The notes beneath the pieces were generated by a model, which was not told the origin of the DNA, did not search any database, and saw only the letters and a list, made by a program, of their open reading frames with translations. From Eledone cirrhosa (lineage: Eukaryota), in the NCBI GenBank assembly GCA_964016885.1, contig OZ024740.1, positions 371,318,001-371,382,000 on the forward strand: a DNA stretch of 64,000 nucleotides, given 5' to 3'. Below, piece after piece: positions 26,561 to 39,981 of the stretch. Numbering within the stretch: the first letter of the stretch is position 1; the number at the start of each line of letters is the position of its first letter. Made by a program: the position numbers and the translations under genes.

Positions 26561-27300
26561 CAGTTAAAATAAACAGCTTTGTATCATAAAAGTTAAGGCA
26601 GTTTCATGCAGCTTGGTATCAAAAGAGATAAAGTATTTATTTTTATTTAAAAATCTTCCATCAAAATATTATTTAAGAAAATTTTGTTATATTTCAAACA
26701 CCAGTTAAATTATATTACTAAATTTAAACAAATTCTTGATTGCTTTCAAAATTTATGGTAACAAAAAAATGAAAAAAGAATGATCCAAGATTAATAAAAA
26801 ATTTTTCACTAAAAAACCCCTCAGATTTTAGATGTTTTCAGGGTTTAGAATTTTTGATAAAGGATTATAAACCATATATGAATTTTGTATATCTTGCATA
26901 TGGTGTAGTATAAGCTTTTTTTTTTTTTTTGAGAACAAGGCATACGATATATCAGAAACCTTTTATATATGCACACTGATGCATCTGCATTAACATTTCA
27001 TTGTCTCTCCAGTAGCTACTTTTGCTCTTTCTTTTACTATATATATGCATATATGTAGGTATGTATGTATATAGGGATATGTTTTTCTTTGGGTATATAT
27101 ATATATATATATATATTGTATAAACATATATATATATACTAGAAAATTCTGGTGCATCACACTAACAATAAATTGCATTAAGATGGATGAGAATGGCATT
27201 TCAGGTATTGGGCATATTCAAAATGTCTGTATAGAGGGAGGGAATAGAACAAACGAGAAGGAAAGAGCTAAAAAAAAGAAACATGCAAAATTGTCCTCAC

Positions 27301-27351
27301 TTGGCAGTGGATTCTGTTATTTCTCAAGACATTTTGGAATGGTTTTAGAAT
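27301..27351 (-). other. Candidate 51-bp exon, followed by a 74-bp intron and another acceptor at 27227
   Basis: ctctttttctatttttcaag acceptor and GTGAGG donor. Next acceptor ttccctccctctatacag. No long open frame. Confidence 0.25.
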
Positions 27352-30300
27352 CTTGAAAAATAGAAAAAAGAGCACAGTATCATGTGTGTGAGAGAAAAGG
27401 ATGGAGAGAGAGAGAGAGGAGAGGTAATTTCCACATTCATACTACAGCTACTTAAACAAGCACATGCACACCATGCATCCAACATGATGCACACAGGCAT
27501 ACAATATATTGATGTTAAAGAAAAAATGAATACCAAAGGAAAAAGAGCAAAACAAGAAAGCAATAAACAAACAAATAAAACAAATATAATAAAAGCATTG
27601 AAGCAAAATACGAAATCTATTTGTAAGAGTAGAATTAGAGATAATAACAAAAAAAAATGTTTTGGAGCATAACTAATAACAAACCAATTTTTGTGTTTCA
27701 ATGGAGAGAGATAGAGGGGGAATGAACAAGAGATAAAGGAAGAAAAAAGGAGAAATTACAATTTCAAAAAGTCCCAAATAAACAAAGAAACCACTTTTTG
27801 CCCTTGAACTATCTCCTAATTAAGCATATCACATATTATTTAAGATAATGTTATTAATGGCATGTTGCTACTGTTGTTGGACTGTGTTGTCTTTTGTTTG
27901 CAGATTTAGATTTACACTGAAAGGAAGGATAATGTTCTACTAATGTCCTGTGTTTTTCTTTTTTGGGGGTTGGGATTGGGGACTGGGGTGGTGGCTTGTA
28001 CTTTGTAGTAAAAAGATGGAAGGATAGAAAAGAATGTTACTTTGCTATTTTTGCTTCATTGAATGAATGAAGGAACGAAAATGAATGAAAGAAAAAAAAA
28101 AGCAAATGAAAGGCAAAACAGGGTGGTGCTGTGGGTGGTGGTATTGGATAAAAAGGGATAAATAGAAAAACAAAGAATACAGTTACTGATCTAAATAAAT
28201 GCACAGCAGTCAGGGAGGGCTGGTCCTTTTCAGGTGTGAAGACAAGAAAGCAATAGATAATAGGTTAGAGTTTAGCAGATATCTCAGAAAGGTAGGTAAG
28301 CCATACAGCTTGACTTCTTCCACTCTAAGGAATCTAATATGTATATGTGTATATATGAAACAAACACATACACACATTAATATAATGATGATAATCATTT
28401 TTATGTCCCTTTTCCATACTTACAAGTGTGTTGGGTTTAGGTGTTTTGAGACAGGTTTCCTGTGACTGATCACCAACAAATATCTTATATTTTAAAGTAT
28501 GTTATATATCGCTAAATATTTATATTGCTACATTATAGGATGTATACATACATTTATGTTTATTATACATAAATATATTGTATATTTGCTTTTATTCTGA
28601 ATCACAGTGTTAGTGCTGTCACCAAGTAATACTGACCAGTTAAGCTTGCACCCTATGTAAACAAGCCTTTAACAACAATAGTTTGTTTACAAAATTTATA
28701 AAACTTTCTTATTATTGCTAATAATACTAAAGAATGGCAAAATCTGTGGAGTACTATAACCTACTTTTTCGTTCTTAGTTCAAGGTTGATCCAAAAAGTA
28801 TCAGTCAAATGCTGGGATCACAAGTTTAATTGACAGTTCTCTTTGTCTATGTAAGAAAGTCATTATTATCGAAGTGATTCTGATGCTTTTCGTCACCTCT
28901 AAGTAGATAGGTTGAAGATTATAATGGAATAGATGATGAGTGGGAGAAACTTAGATCTATTGGAATTCTTTGTTTTGGTATGTTGTTTTTTTTAAAAGGT
29001 CAATCTCCAATATCATTAAACAATTTATGTGATGTATTTTTTTTTTATCACTGTAATGTTCATTTATCATGTGAACCAAGTTTTCTTTTATAGCAATTCA
29101 GTTTATATAATAATGAAGACATGTCTTTTGAATACTTCAATTTTTTTCTCCTGCTTTATTTAATTTGGCTGGCATTATATTGTTTTCTGAAGTTCAGGTG
29201 AAAATAAAAACAGAAACATAAAAAAATCCATAAAAACAAGTAGAAAAACTTCCTTGATTATATATATATTATTTTTTTGATATTGTAAGAAAAAGTTTAT
29301 CTTCTCACATTTACAGTAAAGCAGATTATTATTTTATTCACCTCTAGAAGACATTAGCTTTTTTTGTATGGTAGATCACATATGTCTTTTGTCTATTCAT
29401 TGCAAAATTCTAACTACTTTTCTGTGTGGGTAATTTGGACAGCATTCCCCCATTTACTGTCCAAAGAATGTTATTAGGTATTTTGTCCAACCAAATAACT
29501 GCAGATATTTTACAACAAGATGGATCAAAGAAGTTCTTGAAAGAACTCCTCTAAAATAGCATGTTGGTAAATTCATAGAAAAATCTTTAAATCAAGAACT
29601 GAAATTATAAACCTATTTATGGGCTTATGTGTCTTCAATAAAAATCATCATAAGTCAGAGTTTTAGAAGTCAACAAGCTAACATGAAAGATTTGATATAA
29701 TCTGCTGCTCAAAGGTAAAAAAAGCAACTACCTCAAAATCATTTTCAAATTCAAGTCTGTACTCTGAAATTGCAGAACAGCATATCCCTCCACAATATTA
29801 ATTGGTTGGTCATGGCTAGAAATACTGCTTGAATTATTTGTTAACTTTGCCAGAGTATCTATTTCTACACTACATGTATCTTTAAGCTGAGTTTGAAAAT
29901 TGTGCCGATGTAAAAAATTAATAACCTATAAGCTTTTGTCTCGTAAGACACATTTTATAAAAATATATATTTAGAAACATCTGTGAGTCATCGAGTGAAG
30001 CAAGGTTCCAATAGTGGTCCTTTGAAAGATATGTGCATAACAACACCCCATTTTCACTGTGTATAGTCAGAAAGAAATCCATATTATAGAGAAAAAATGG
30101 TAGGTGATGGATAAGATAGCAAGCTCACAATGAGTGGAGTACTCTACTACCCAATTTAGATATTTATTTGAATTTATTTTGGTTCGATTACATTGCTTAG
30201 GACTTTTGGAAAGTTATGAGCATCACATCTCATTTCTACCCAACAAAATCCTTTCCAAATGTAGGTATGACCATATATTGGTTTTTGTTTGAGGGGTGTA

Positions 30301-30959
30301 GTTAAGGAGAAGAAAAATCATTGTTTTTAAAGTGTTATGAACATTTTTATAAATCATTTGACATAAAATCATCATCATTGCTTTTATGTCAACTTTTCCA
30401 TGTTGGACGGGACTTTTTGAGACAATATTTTACAGCTGGATGCTCCAACCTTTTTAATTACTTCTTACAATATGCAGAGTTATGGTGTACCTATATTTAA
30501 GTGGATACACATGTTGCTATCCTCACTATCACTACACTCCCACCCATTCATGTCCCTCCACCCACAAACCACCACCACACCCCTGCAGTAGTTATTTTCA
30601 GGATTACTATATACCTCTATTTCCACTCTATCCAGGATTACCTCCTTCCTTCCTAAATCTTAACACCCACACTCTATCAAGAGTCAACACCATTCCATCA
30701 TCCCATTCCACTCTAGATCACCACCACCCTGCTAAATCTTGATACACAAATCATAACCCCCTAGGAGCTGTTATCACCATATTACCTACCACACTGTTAG
30801 AGGTCTCCCCTCCCATCTATCACATCTCACCCTGTCAAATCCCTCCACACTTGGCACCGCAGAGTAGAGAGGGCTGATGATAGGAAAGGCATGCCATTGT
30901 AGAAAGCTTGGAAAGGTAAACACACTCTCCCACAATGCTGCTGAAATACCTAATGGCTA

Positions 30960-31737
30960 ATAGCTCTAATTACATCCTGTAAATTTGTCATGTTGGTTAG
31001 ACAACAAAAGCTTCTAGTCCACCCTGTAAGCTGGTCATGTTTGTGACACGACATGAGGCACCCAGCGCACCCTGTAATGTGATCGTGATGGAGTCACAAC
31101 AAAAGCACCCAGTCCAACAGGTAAAAAGGTTGTAATGGACAAATGTAGCCATTTTTGTAAAGTTGTTGCTTTGGTGTTGCAACAAAAAGTGCTCAGTCCA
31201 CACTGTAAAGTGGTCATGTTGGTAAAACGATAAAAAGTGCCCAGTCCACACTGTAAAGTGGTTGTGTAGGTGTCATGACAAAATGTGCCCAGCCCACACT
31301 ATTAACCCTTTAGTATTTAAACCGGCTGAATCTGACCAGAATTCTCTCACCTCTTTCTGTTCAAACCAGCTGTAACCGGAAGTTCATACTTATGATAAGG
31401 TATTGTTCTCAAAATTAATAACAACAACATCTCATAGAATTGATAATTAAGTGAGATAATTATGTGAAGTAAAGCCTTTTCTGTGAAAATACAATAATAT
31501 ATATAGAGTAATATAAATGCTAAAGGGTTAAGGGATTGTTTTGATGCCATGATAAAAGGCATCCAGTCCGTGCTGTAAATGTGGTTGGCATTAAGAAGGG
31601 CACCCAGCCATAGAAACCAAGCCAGAAACAGTTCTGTATGAGCATCACATGGTTATCTGATTCACAATGGGACAACTTATCTAACCCAGGCTAGCATGGA
31701 AAAATGAATGTTAAACAGTGATGATGATGATGATGAT
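30960..31737 (+). mobile_element. RTE-derived 3'UTR with about 50-bp internal tandem units, interrupted by a MITE
   Basis: Repeated cacccagtccacactgtaaagtgg units, ending catggaaaaatgaatgttaaacagtgatgatgat. Confidence 0.65.
31306..31527. mobile_element. piggyBac-like MITE with TTAA TSD
   Basis: TTAA|CCCTTTAGTATTTA ... TAAATGCTAAAGGG|TTAA. Confidence 0.8.
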
Positions 31738-31794
31738 GTATGTATATATATATATAAATATATATATATACATCACCCACATACACACACACAC

Positions 31795-31826
<32 letters not shown>

Positions 31827-32744
31827 CACCCACCCACATATACACACACACACACATATATATATATAAATGCACACACACAAACTTATGCCAACATGGG
31901 AAAAAATGGTTGTTAAATGATGATGATATAAATAACCCTCCCTCAAAAAAGACATCACAAACAAAACATAGTCAATATGCAGACAAAAAAAAAAAAAAAA
32001 ATCCACTAACAAAAACCAATCCGAAAGAAACTAATCCAAGAAATCTTAATCTCTGTGGACTATAGAGAAAAACAGTAACAAAATGTGATTTAAGATTTAC
32101 TTTAAAAACATCTATCTTGAGGCTGTCACATGTCAAAGTGTCAAAGGGGATTATTATTATTAGCAGAATCTACTAGAGAGTTGTTGACATGTTTACTTTA
32201 CTTACTTAAAACAAAGTGAGAATAGGTTCTCTTATGTTCTCTTGTAACTTCTAATTCTTCTTTACTATTTCTTTAAAGTGTTAGTTTTCATTCTGGCCTC
32301 TTGCATTCCAAGTTCAGATCCAACTGAGGTCAGCTTTGCCTTTCATCCTTTTGTCATTGATGAAATAAAGTAGCAGTCTAAGGTGTAGTAGATTGGTGGA
32401 ATTTTTAGAGTGTATTGGTTGGGATAGTTGTATTATTTATTCTGGGTTTTTGGTTTCTGAGTTCAAATCCTTCTGTGTCCTACTTGGGTAGTAGATGTAA
32501 TCAATTATCCAGTTTAACATCACAACATTATCCCTGGGTGTTATATGTCTTTAGCAGAGTCAAATCTGATGCAAACATTTGAGGTCTTTGGTTTGAGGAT
32601 AATTTCCTCCCTCAATGCTGCTCTCTAGTTTCAGGGGACCTGTAAGTGTCATGGGCACTGACCTTCACTGCCTGACCATTCAGTAGATCCTCCTCCCCAC
32701 CAAAGAAATTGCTGTTTATACATAAATTGTAATATATAAGGGGA

Positions 32745-33080
32745 AAAGACCCCCTTCGGTCACAAATGGCCATGAGATTTGCATCTAGAAAATTCCCCTC
32801 TGAGGTACAAGTCCAGGCAAGGTTGTTTGTGGAAGACCAGCGGTCGCCCATGCATATCAGTCTGCCCTCTTCGCAACCACTGATGTTGTCCAAGGGAAAG
32901 GCAATGACTGATACAGCTTGGTACCAGTGACGTTGCAACTCATTTCTACAGCTGAGTGAACTGGAACAACGTGAAATAAAGTGACTTGCTCAAGAACACA
33001 ATGCAATGCCCAGTCCAAGAATCAAACTCACAACCTGGTGATTGTAAACCTGGTGCTCTAACCACTAAGCCATATGCCTT
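32745..33080 (-). mobile_element. Full-length tRNA-derived CORE-SINE
   Basis: Head TGGCTTAGTGGTTAGAGC..GAGTTTGATTC and CORE-like cttgagcaagtcactt..ctcagctgtagaaatgag. Matches 40846-41172. Confidence 0.8.
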
Positions 33081-34483
33081 GTAAGATATATAGCTAGATG
33101 AAACCACACAAGATGACTTGGCTGAGTGGATACTTAGTGGACACTTATCCAGCAAGAAGGTTGGTAGTATGTAGGTCAAACCTTACCAATGAATATTGCA
33201 TATTCCTTTCATGGGTTTCAGCTAATGAACTATGACCATGCTGGAGTAACATCTTCAACAGTTTTTAGTTGATTATAGCAATCAAACTCAGCTCTTTGTC
33301 TGGTACTTATTTTATTGTTCTCATTAGATGAAATTTGCAAAGTAGACATTGACATTAGAGGGTATTTCTGTTCTATCTATCCTTCTGTCTGTCTATATAT
33401 CTCTATGTGTATGTGCCAGTTGCAGGAAACTTCATATCAACATTATAAAAGTAAGAAAGTAGTGATATTGCCACCTCTTGTAACAGAGCAGTTTGATGAA
33501 CACACACACACACATATATATAAAATGTATAGCAATTTTCGATCTCCTTTTCATTTTCATAAAGGGGTTTCAACAAAGTGATATTGTATATTCAACTGCC
33601 ATCCCCCACTGCTTACATCATTGGTACCCCCATGGAAAAGTCAGCAGCTTCATTAAATCTATCATTGCATCTGGCTATATTATCATTCATTTGTGAAATA
33701 ATCACTGGATAACTGTCCCTTGTATCATTTGCACTTCCAGTTCATTTTCCTCAAAGAATAAATGATGAACAGCTAATTGCAACAGCGCAAATTCTTTCAG
33801 CTGATAGCTCAAAAAGATGGATTTTGATTGGTCAGTCTTCAAGTAAATAAAATATACTGCTGGCCTAGATTTTGAATTACCAAAATTAAGCTATAGAGCA
33901 TTATACTACACACACACATATATAAATATACACAAATATTTCATATACATATATATATAAGCAAATGACAGTACAATGAAGAAATATATCTAAACTATAA
34001 TAAAGGGAGGAGCGCGGGACAGCGTACAGTTTATAATTAGTAAAATAAGTTGGATTACTTTGATAATGAATGAATATTACATAATTTATCTACTAAATTT
34101 CGTGGCTGTTGATTAAATATATTTTCTTTATTTAAAGATTCACTTCTTTAAAATTTCTGAACTGTCAACGCTTCCGGTTGGCGATCGCTTGAATAAACAT
34201 ACTAATTTTCTGTCACTAATTTTCTCCTAATGCAGTTTATATATAATATCGTCTTTTTTTAATGTATCATGGATTACTTTACTGATTACATAAGACAGTG
34301 TAACAACGTCTTCGTTCAATTTCTGTTTATATTGTCAATTACGATTTTATTTGATGTATCATATCTACATGTATATATACTTGCGTATAATATCAATATA
34401 CACACTACACATGCTAGCAGAAAACCACCCGAGGAGTGGTTTTTCTGCTAGTTAGTTTAATACTTGAAGTAATAGGAAAAGAG

Positions 34484-34519
34484 TCTTAATGTTTCAAACA
34501 CTAGTCCTTCATCAGAAGA
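34484..34519 (-). ncRNA. Degenerate minimal hammerhead motif
   Basis: Minus strand reads TCTT-CTGATGA-AGGAC tagt GTTT-GAAAC-ATT-AAGA. Confidence 0.4.
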
Positions 34520-34559
34520 TAGAATGAGAAATAAAAGCCGACTTTACCCAATTACACCT

Positions 34560-35237
34560 TTGAGAGGTGTAATTGGGTAAAGTCGGCTTTTATCACCTCA
34601 TCCCAGGTCTTCTTGGGTCTCCCCACGCTGTGGCTTCCATCAACTTCTAGGGCTCTGCACCTTTTTATGCAGCTGTCAATCTTCATACGCATCATATGTC
34701 CATACCAATGCAACCTCCTCTCCTGCACACAGCATTTGATTCCTCTTATGCTCAGTCTCTCTCTCAATTCGTTTATGCTTTGCCGTTCGCGTATATTACT
34801 ATTACACATCCATCGGAGCATGCAGGCTTTGTTTCTTTATAATCTACGCAAGTCTTCTACAGACAGCGCCCAGGTCTCACTACCATGTAACATTGCTGTT
34901 CGTATACACGCATCATGCAGTCTGCCCTTCATTTTGAGGCAAAAGCCTTTTCCAGCTAGCAGTGGCAGTAGCTCCCTGAAGTTCTTCCATCCTGTTCTTA
35001 CCCTAGTTATTGTACTTTCCGAACACCCACTTCTGCTGCTAATTCGGTCACCTAGGTAGCAGATGCTGTCTACTGTTTCTACAGAGCCCTCTCAGAGTTT
35101 GGTGGTGCTTGTCTCCTGTGGCTGTTTGCTGCTTGCTGTCCCAGCGCAGCTGCTACATGTGAAGCCTACATTCTTAGTTAAGCTTCCTGAGATTCCTATA
35201 CATCTCTCGTGTACCCATTGTTTGCATTTGGGGCAGA
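34560..35237 (-). mobile_element. RTE LINE internal fragment (post-RT region), 3'-truncated
   Basis: MLRWMCN...ELRERLSIRGIKCCVQERRLHWYGHMMRM...GRPKKTWDEVIKAD, with upstream CYLGD and GWKNFRELLPLL. Confidence 0.85.
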
Positions 35238-35248
35238 GGATATATATG

Positions 35249-35306
<58 letters not shown>

Positions 35307-35884
35307 TGTATATAAATAACTTAATATATATATATATAACTTAAACAAAAATACAGAAGCCCCTCCAATGATTGAGCCCTTCTGGCAGAATAGACTACTT
35401 TAATATATTGAGATGGTGGGTTCTGTTCTTTTGCTCATGAAACTGCAGGAAGGGAAACTTTTGCTGAGCCCTCTCGCTTAAGGTTGTGACAATCCACCCT
35501 TCCTATGCCAGCATGTGATAATGGTGATGATATATATATATATGCAGGATGTAGAAAATAGTGTTTTGTTTGAAGGCTACAACAGTGGCAATTTGATGGT
35601 AAATGTTAAAACTATAATGAAAAAGATTTTTGGATGTTACATTGCTGTTCTTTATAGATATTTCAGGGTAAAATCCCTTCATCAAAAGATTAATAGAAGA
35701 AGCTAGTTCAAAGCTGTATATTTTTTGCTGCTCATCAACTGTCAACTTTTGAAATTTGAAAGTGGTGTTGTTTTTTCTTTTAATGCTGGAAGTGGTGAAT
35801 GTATCACATGGATCTCAACTATGTTCTGATCGAAAGTATTGTAGTATCATTTTCAATGGAATGAAGTGTGGTAGTGTGTATGTC

Positions 35885-36045
35885 TGTGTTGATTTGGGGT
35901 TTCAATTTGGCTATTAGTAAAGATTCTTTTGTTCTGAGATTGCCAGTATTCCTATCCCTTTATTTATGTTCTTGCATATATCAATGTATTTCTTGAAAGA
36001 GGATGTGTGTGTTGAGGTGTTCTTTAATGTGGATGTATAGAAAGC
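35885..36045 (-). pseudogene. Penelope-like GIY-YIG endonuclease C-terminal relic
   Basis: Manual translation gives TCFLYIHIKEHLN and LRTKESLLIAKLKPQIN, matching the PLE T.R.L..R.KEH and L..KESL.I...KP.LN patterns. Confidence 0.55.
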
Positions 36046-36533
36046 AAGTACAATGCAGTAGAAATATATAAAGAGCAAAGATGATAAATAAAATCATATA
36101 AAGTAATGTTTTTACCCAGTATATTTCAACAGGACATTTCAGGGTTATTACCCTATTTTCAAAGGCAAAAACAAAAATGATGTTCTTTTCCTTAACTGCT
36201 CTGAGTGTGTGGATCGTGCATGTGTGTAGAAGTTACTTTGCTCCATGTAGTTTTGTTCTATTGTATATTTGTCATTTGTTTGTGGCTTCTGACAAATTAA
36301 TAATAGAACAGAACTACATGGAGCAGTGCAGCTTCTATGACTTCTCCACACATGTGCAATCCACACACTTGGATCAGTTAAGGAAAAGTGCATCTTTTTG
36401 TTCTGCATTTGAAAAGAAGGTATTAACCCTGAAATATCATGTTGAAATATTCTGGGTAAAAAACATTACTTTGTTTTGCTTTATTTGTCTGCCTTGGCTC
36501 TTTATATATTTCTATCACATTGTACTGGCTTTC
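36039..36533. repeat. Diverged long inverted repeat (arms about 235 bp)
   Basis: aaagtaatgtttttacccag...gctccatgtagttttgttctatt pairs with aatagaacagaactacatggagc...ctgggtaaaaacattacttt. Confidence 0.75.
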
Positions 36534-36576
36534 TGAAGTCCTCATCAATCAGCAATTACATATCTCACAATGCTTC

Positions 36577-36935
36577 ATATATATATATGAATGTATATAT
36601 AGTGTATTTTGCAATACACTGTATGCTTAATTAAAAGCATTTTGAAGACCATACGCTATTGTTTTAAAGTAGCGACATTGTCGCTTACTTAAATTTTCGG
36701 CAGACAGAGGGAGATAAGTTGACAGCTCTGTTTTGTACTTTTTGGTACTTATCAAAACTCACTACTCTCCCTGTCTGCCGAAAATTATGTGTGTTGGATT
36801 CTTATAGCATTCCAGTAACAATCAGGAAAATCAGTTCCTGATTGTTACTGGAATTCTATAAGAATCCAACAGCAAAATACACTATATATACATTCATATA
36901 TATATCGCTATTTCAGAGCACCAATTCTAATTTTA
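36577..36935. mobile_element. Older relative of the 61.2-61.9 kb palindromic element, with a short hairpin and decayed hammerhead
   Basis: Shares ttaattaaaa.cattttgaagacc..cgcta and cgctatttcagagcaccaat. Hairpin at 36792-36871. Minus strand reads GAGTT-TTGATAA-GTAC..GTAC-AAAAC-AGAGCT-GTC-AACTT. Confidence 0.6.
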
Positions 36936-38134
36936 TATATATATATATATATATAATTTTTGTTTAGTTTTTTTTCGGAATGTTTTGACTGCTGTTTCTT
37001 GTAAACAGACATTCGTCTCATTCTGACGTCACAGCCATGTTCTCCATGTGTGTTTAATTTTCATAATTCCACACGAGGTGAACTAGCCTGCTTTTAAATT
37101 CCCTTTCTGGCAATTTTTAGGAGTGGATTTTGGTTATCGTGTTGAGCTCTAGTGATGAACGACTCCAACCGTGACTAATCCCACTGAAAAGTTTCGTGAA
37201 ATAGTCTTTTTATGACTATATAGAACATTTGTAGTTTTTCCAAATTGAAGGATGAGTATTTAAACTTTTTATTCTAAGTTAAGATTCTATTGGTTTTTTC
37301 CCTGGATTTCACAAAATCTGTGGATAGAATCTGTCTTGATTTTTTTTTAATTGAGTTTGAATTATTTTCCCATATCTTACGTTAAATATTTTCCATTTTG
37401 ATGTTATATTATGAAATACTGTTGGCTTCTTGCTCGCATTAATTTCTCTATTTTCATTTATATATATATATACATACACATATATATATATATATATACA
37501 TATACATACACACACACACACTCTCATACGTATTTGTTTACCTTTGATTTTAAATTGAGTTTCTTGGCTTAGAATAAGTACACCATATACCTATGTATTG
37601 TAAGAAATGATTCAAACAGTCAAACCCATGCCAGCATGGAAAAGTCAATGTAAAAATGATGATTGTGATGATAAGATATGCTATGCACTTAATGCTAACC
37701 AATCAGCTTTTGGTATTGGTATGTATCCATTGTAAATTCAACAGCTTTATTAAATCAAATATTTCATCTGACTAGATCCTCATTAGCTATAAAATGTATC
37801 TCTTTTGCAAAGTTCCTCCAGCAAGATCAGGGTCTGTTATGAAAAAGTGGCTAGTGGTATGCTTGGTATTCTAAAAGCATGTCTAATCACAATAAATCTT
37901 TTTGAGCGTAAAATGCTATCAACCGAGAAAGTCTGCACTCTTGCAATTAGCCTTTCGTTGCATATTGATTGTGGAAACTGAACTATAATTGCTAATTGTA
38001 AAAGAGTGCAGTGTCCAGTGTTAGTATCTTCTGCTTGAGGTTTTGTTCTTCACACATATACACATATATGCTGCATGCTGCAGATAGAAAAATGTATACA
38101 ATACATACATATATGTGTGTATGTGTATATATAT

Positions 38135-38523
38135 CATTTCATCATTTCATTTTACGTTCGCTTTTTCCCTGCTTGCAAGAGTGGGACGGGAACTGATTCT
38201 GGCTTGATTTCTACAGCTGGATGCCCTTCCTAACACCACCCTCATTTACAGTGAGTGCTGGGGGCTTTTTTTCCGTGGCGCCTACACGTCCACTTTACAC
38301 TGTGGGCTGGGATGTTTTTTGCCGTGGCACCTCCACGACCACTTTGCAGTGGAATGATATGGACACCAGTCCCTATCATCTCATTTCTACAGCTGAGTAA
38401 ACTGGAGAAATGTGAAATAAAGTGTCTTGCTCAAAGAAACAACACATCACCCGGTCCGAGAATTGAACTCACAACCTTTCGATTGCAAGACCAATGCTCT
38501 AACCACTAAGCCATGTGCCTCCA
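38135..38523 (-). mobile_element. Chimeric CORE-head / RTE-tail SINE
   Basis: Near-identical to 39554-39904 and 44681-45014, with one extra 50-bp unit. Confidence 0.75.
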
Positions 38524-38715
38524 TATGTATATCTATTTTTCTATATATATATATATATATATAAAAATAGAATTAGAATTTTATTTCTCGCTTCTCGCCC
38601 TAGCACAGCTGATACATAAATGATACACAAACAAAAACGAATCAAATATATGTGTGTGTATGTATATATATATATGTGTGTGTACATATACATATATATG
38701 TATATATATATATAT

Positions 38716-39324
38716 ATAATAATAATGAAATATTGTGTACAGTGCTCAGGTGCACTACAACTCATCAAAAAGTGTATGTATAGTACATAGGGTAATGTAC
38801 AAACATCAGGGAAATGAACAGTGCATGAGTCATGATACACACATGTGTGCATGTGTATGGAAGGGGTACATCAGGTGTAGTTTTGGGTTATTTCGGGAAG
38901 CCTGAGTGTCTTAAAAGATGCAGTGTCTCGGCAGTTAACAACTGACGCAGGCAGTTTGTTCCATGCTTCAGCAACTCTGAGCGTGAAAAAATGTTTACGA
39001 AAGTCATGGGGCTGTGCTGTTTTCTGATTTTGTAGGCATGTCCACGTGTGTTAGACACATGGAGATCAAAAAGGTGCTCACGGTTGTTGTTGGCGAGATG
39101 GTTAATAACTTTGTGGGTATTCACCAAGTCCATTGCCAGACGTCGGAGCTTCAATGAATCCATGCCCAGGGAAGCAAGGCGTTCAGAGTATGGTAGGTGT
39201 CTGATGGAGGGTATGCGCTTGGTTGCACGTCTCTGAACAGTTTCCAGGAGGTCAATGTTCTGAGCAAGATAGGGGTTCCAGACTGATGATGCGAATTCCA
39301 AGTGTGGTCGTACCATAGTTGTAT
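38716..39324 (-). mobile_element. CR1-clade LINE 3' end
   Basis: YTTMVRPHLEFASSVWNPY...LETVQRRATK...YSERLASLG...LRR...NTRGH, then a 3'UTR ending in (ATT)n. Confidence 0.88.
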
Positions 39325-39385
39325 ACATATACATATATATATATATACTATGCATACATTTAGAAATACTACACACACACACATG

Positions 39386-39430
<45 letters not shown>

Positions 39431-39553
39431 GCTGGAGCACATTGTATATTTGAAGATTTTTAAGGTAAACCTAAGGTAAAACTAATTTTTAAATCAGAAG
39501 CTTGTATTAAAAATAAAAAAAAATCACCTAAGAGATTAATGTATGTAAGCACA

Positions 39554-39904
39554 TGGAGGCACATGGCTTAGTGGTTAGAGCATTAGCCTTGCAATCGAAA
39601 GGTTGTGAGTTCAATTCTCAGACCAGGTGATGTGTTGTTTCCTTGAGCAAGACACTTTATTTCACATTGCTCCAGTTTACTCAGCTGTAGAAATGAGATG
39701 ATAGGGACTGGGGTCTCTATCATTCCACTGCAAAGTGGTCATGGAGGTGCCACGGCAAAAAAGCACCCAGCACTCACTGTAAATGAGGTTGGTGTTAGGA
39801 AGGGCATCCAGCTGTAGAAATCAAGCCAGAATCAGTTCCCGTCCCACCCTTGCAAGCAGGGAAAAAGCGGACATAAAATGAAATGATGATGATGATGATG
39901 ATGA
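39554..39904 (+). mobile_element. Chimeric CORE-head / RTE-tail SINE
   Basis: A box TGGCTTAGTGG, B box GAGTTCAATTC, CORE block, then RTE-type GTTAGGAAGGGCATCCAGCTG and (GAT)n. Confidence 0.8.
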
Positions 39905-39946
39905 AGCCAAATTCTCAGAGTTTTAAGCACTGCAAATATATATATA

Positions 39947-39980
<34 letters not shown>

Positions 39981-39981
<1 letters not shown>

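Noticed and set aside
28225-28300. Plus-strand exon-like segment (also acceptors near 27903, 48159 and 51010)
   Set aside because: Isolated splice-like motifs with no consistent reading frame, as expected by chance in T-rich DNA.
39554-39630. tRNA-like sequences with A/B boxes (also at 17367, 40846 and 46095)
   Set aside because: These are SINE heads. They have no complete cloverleaf and run into SINE bodies.
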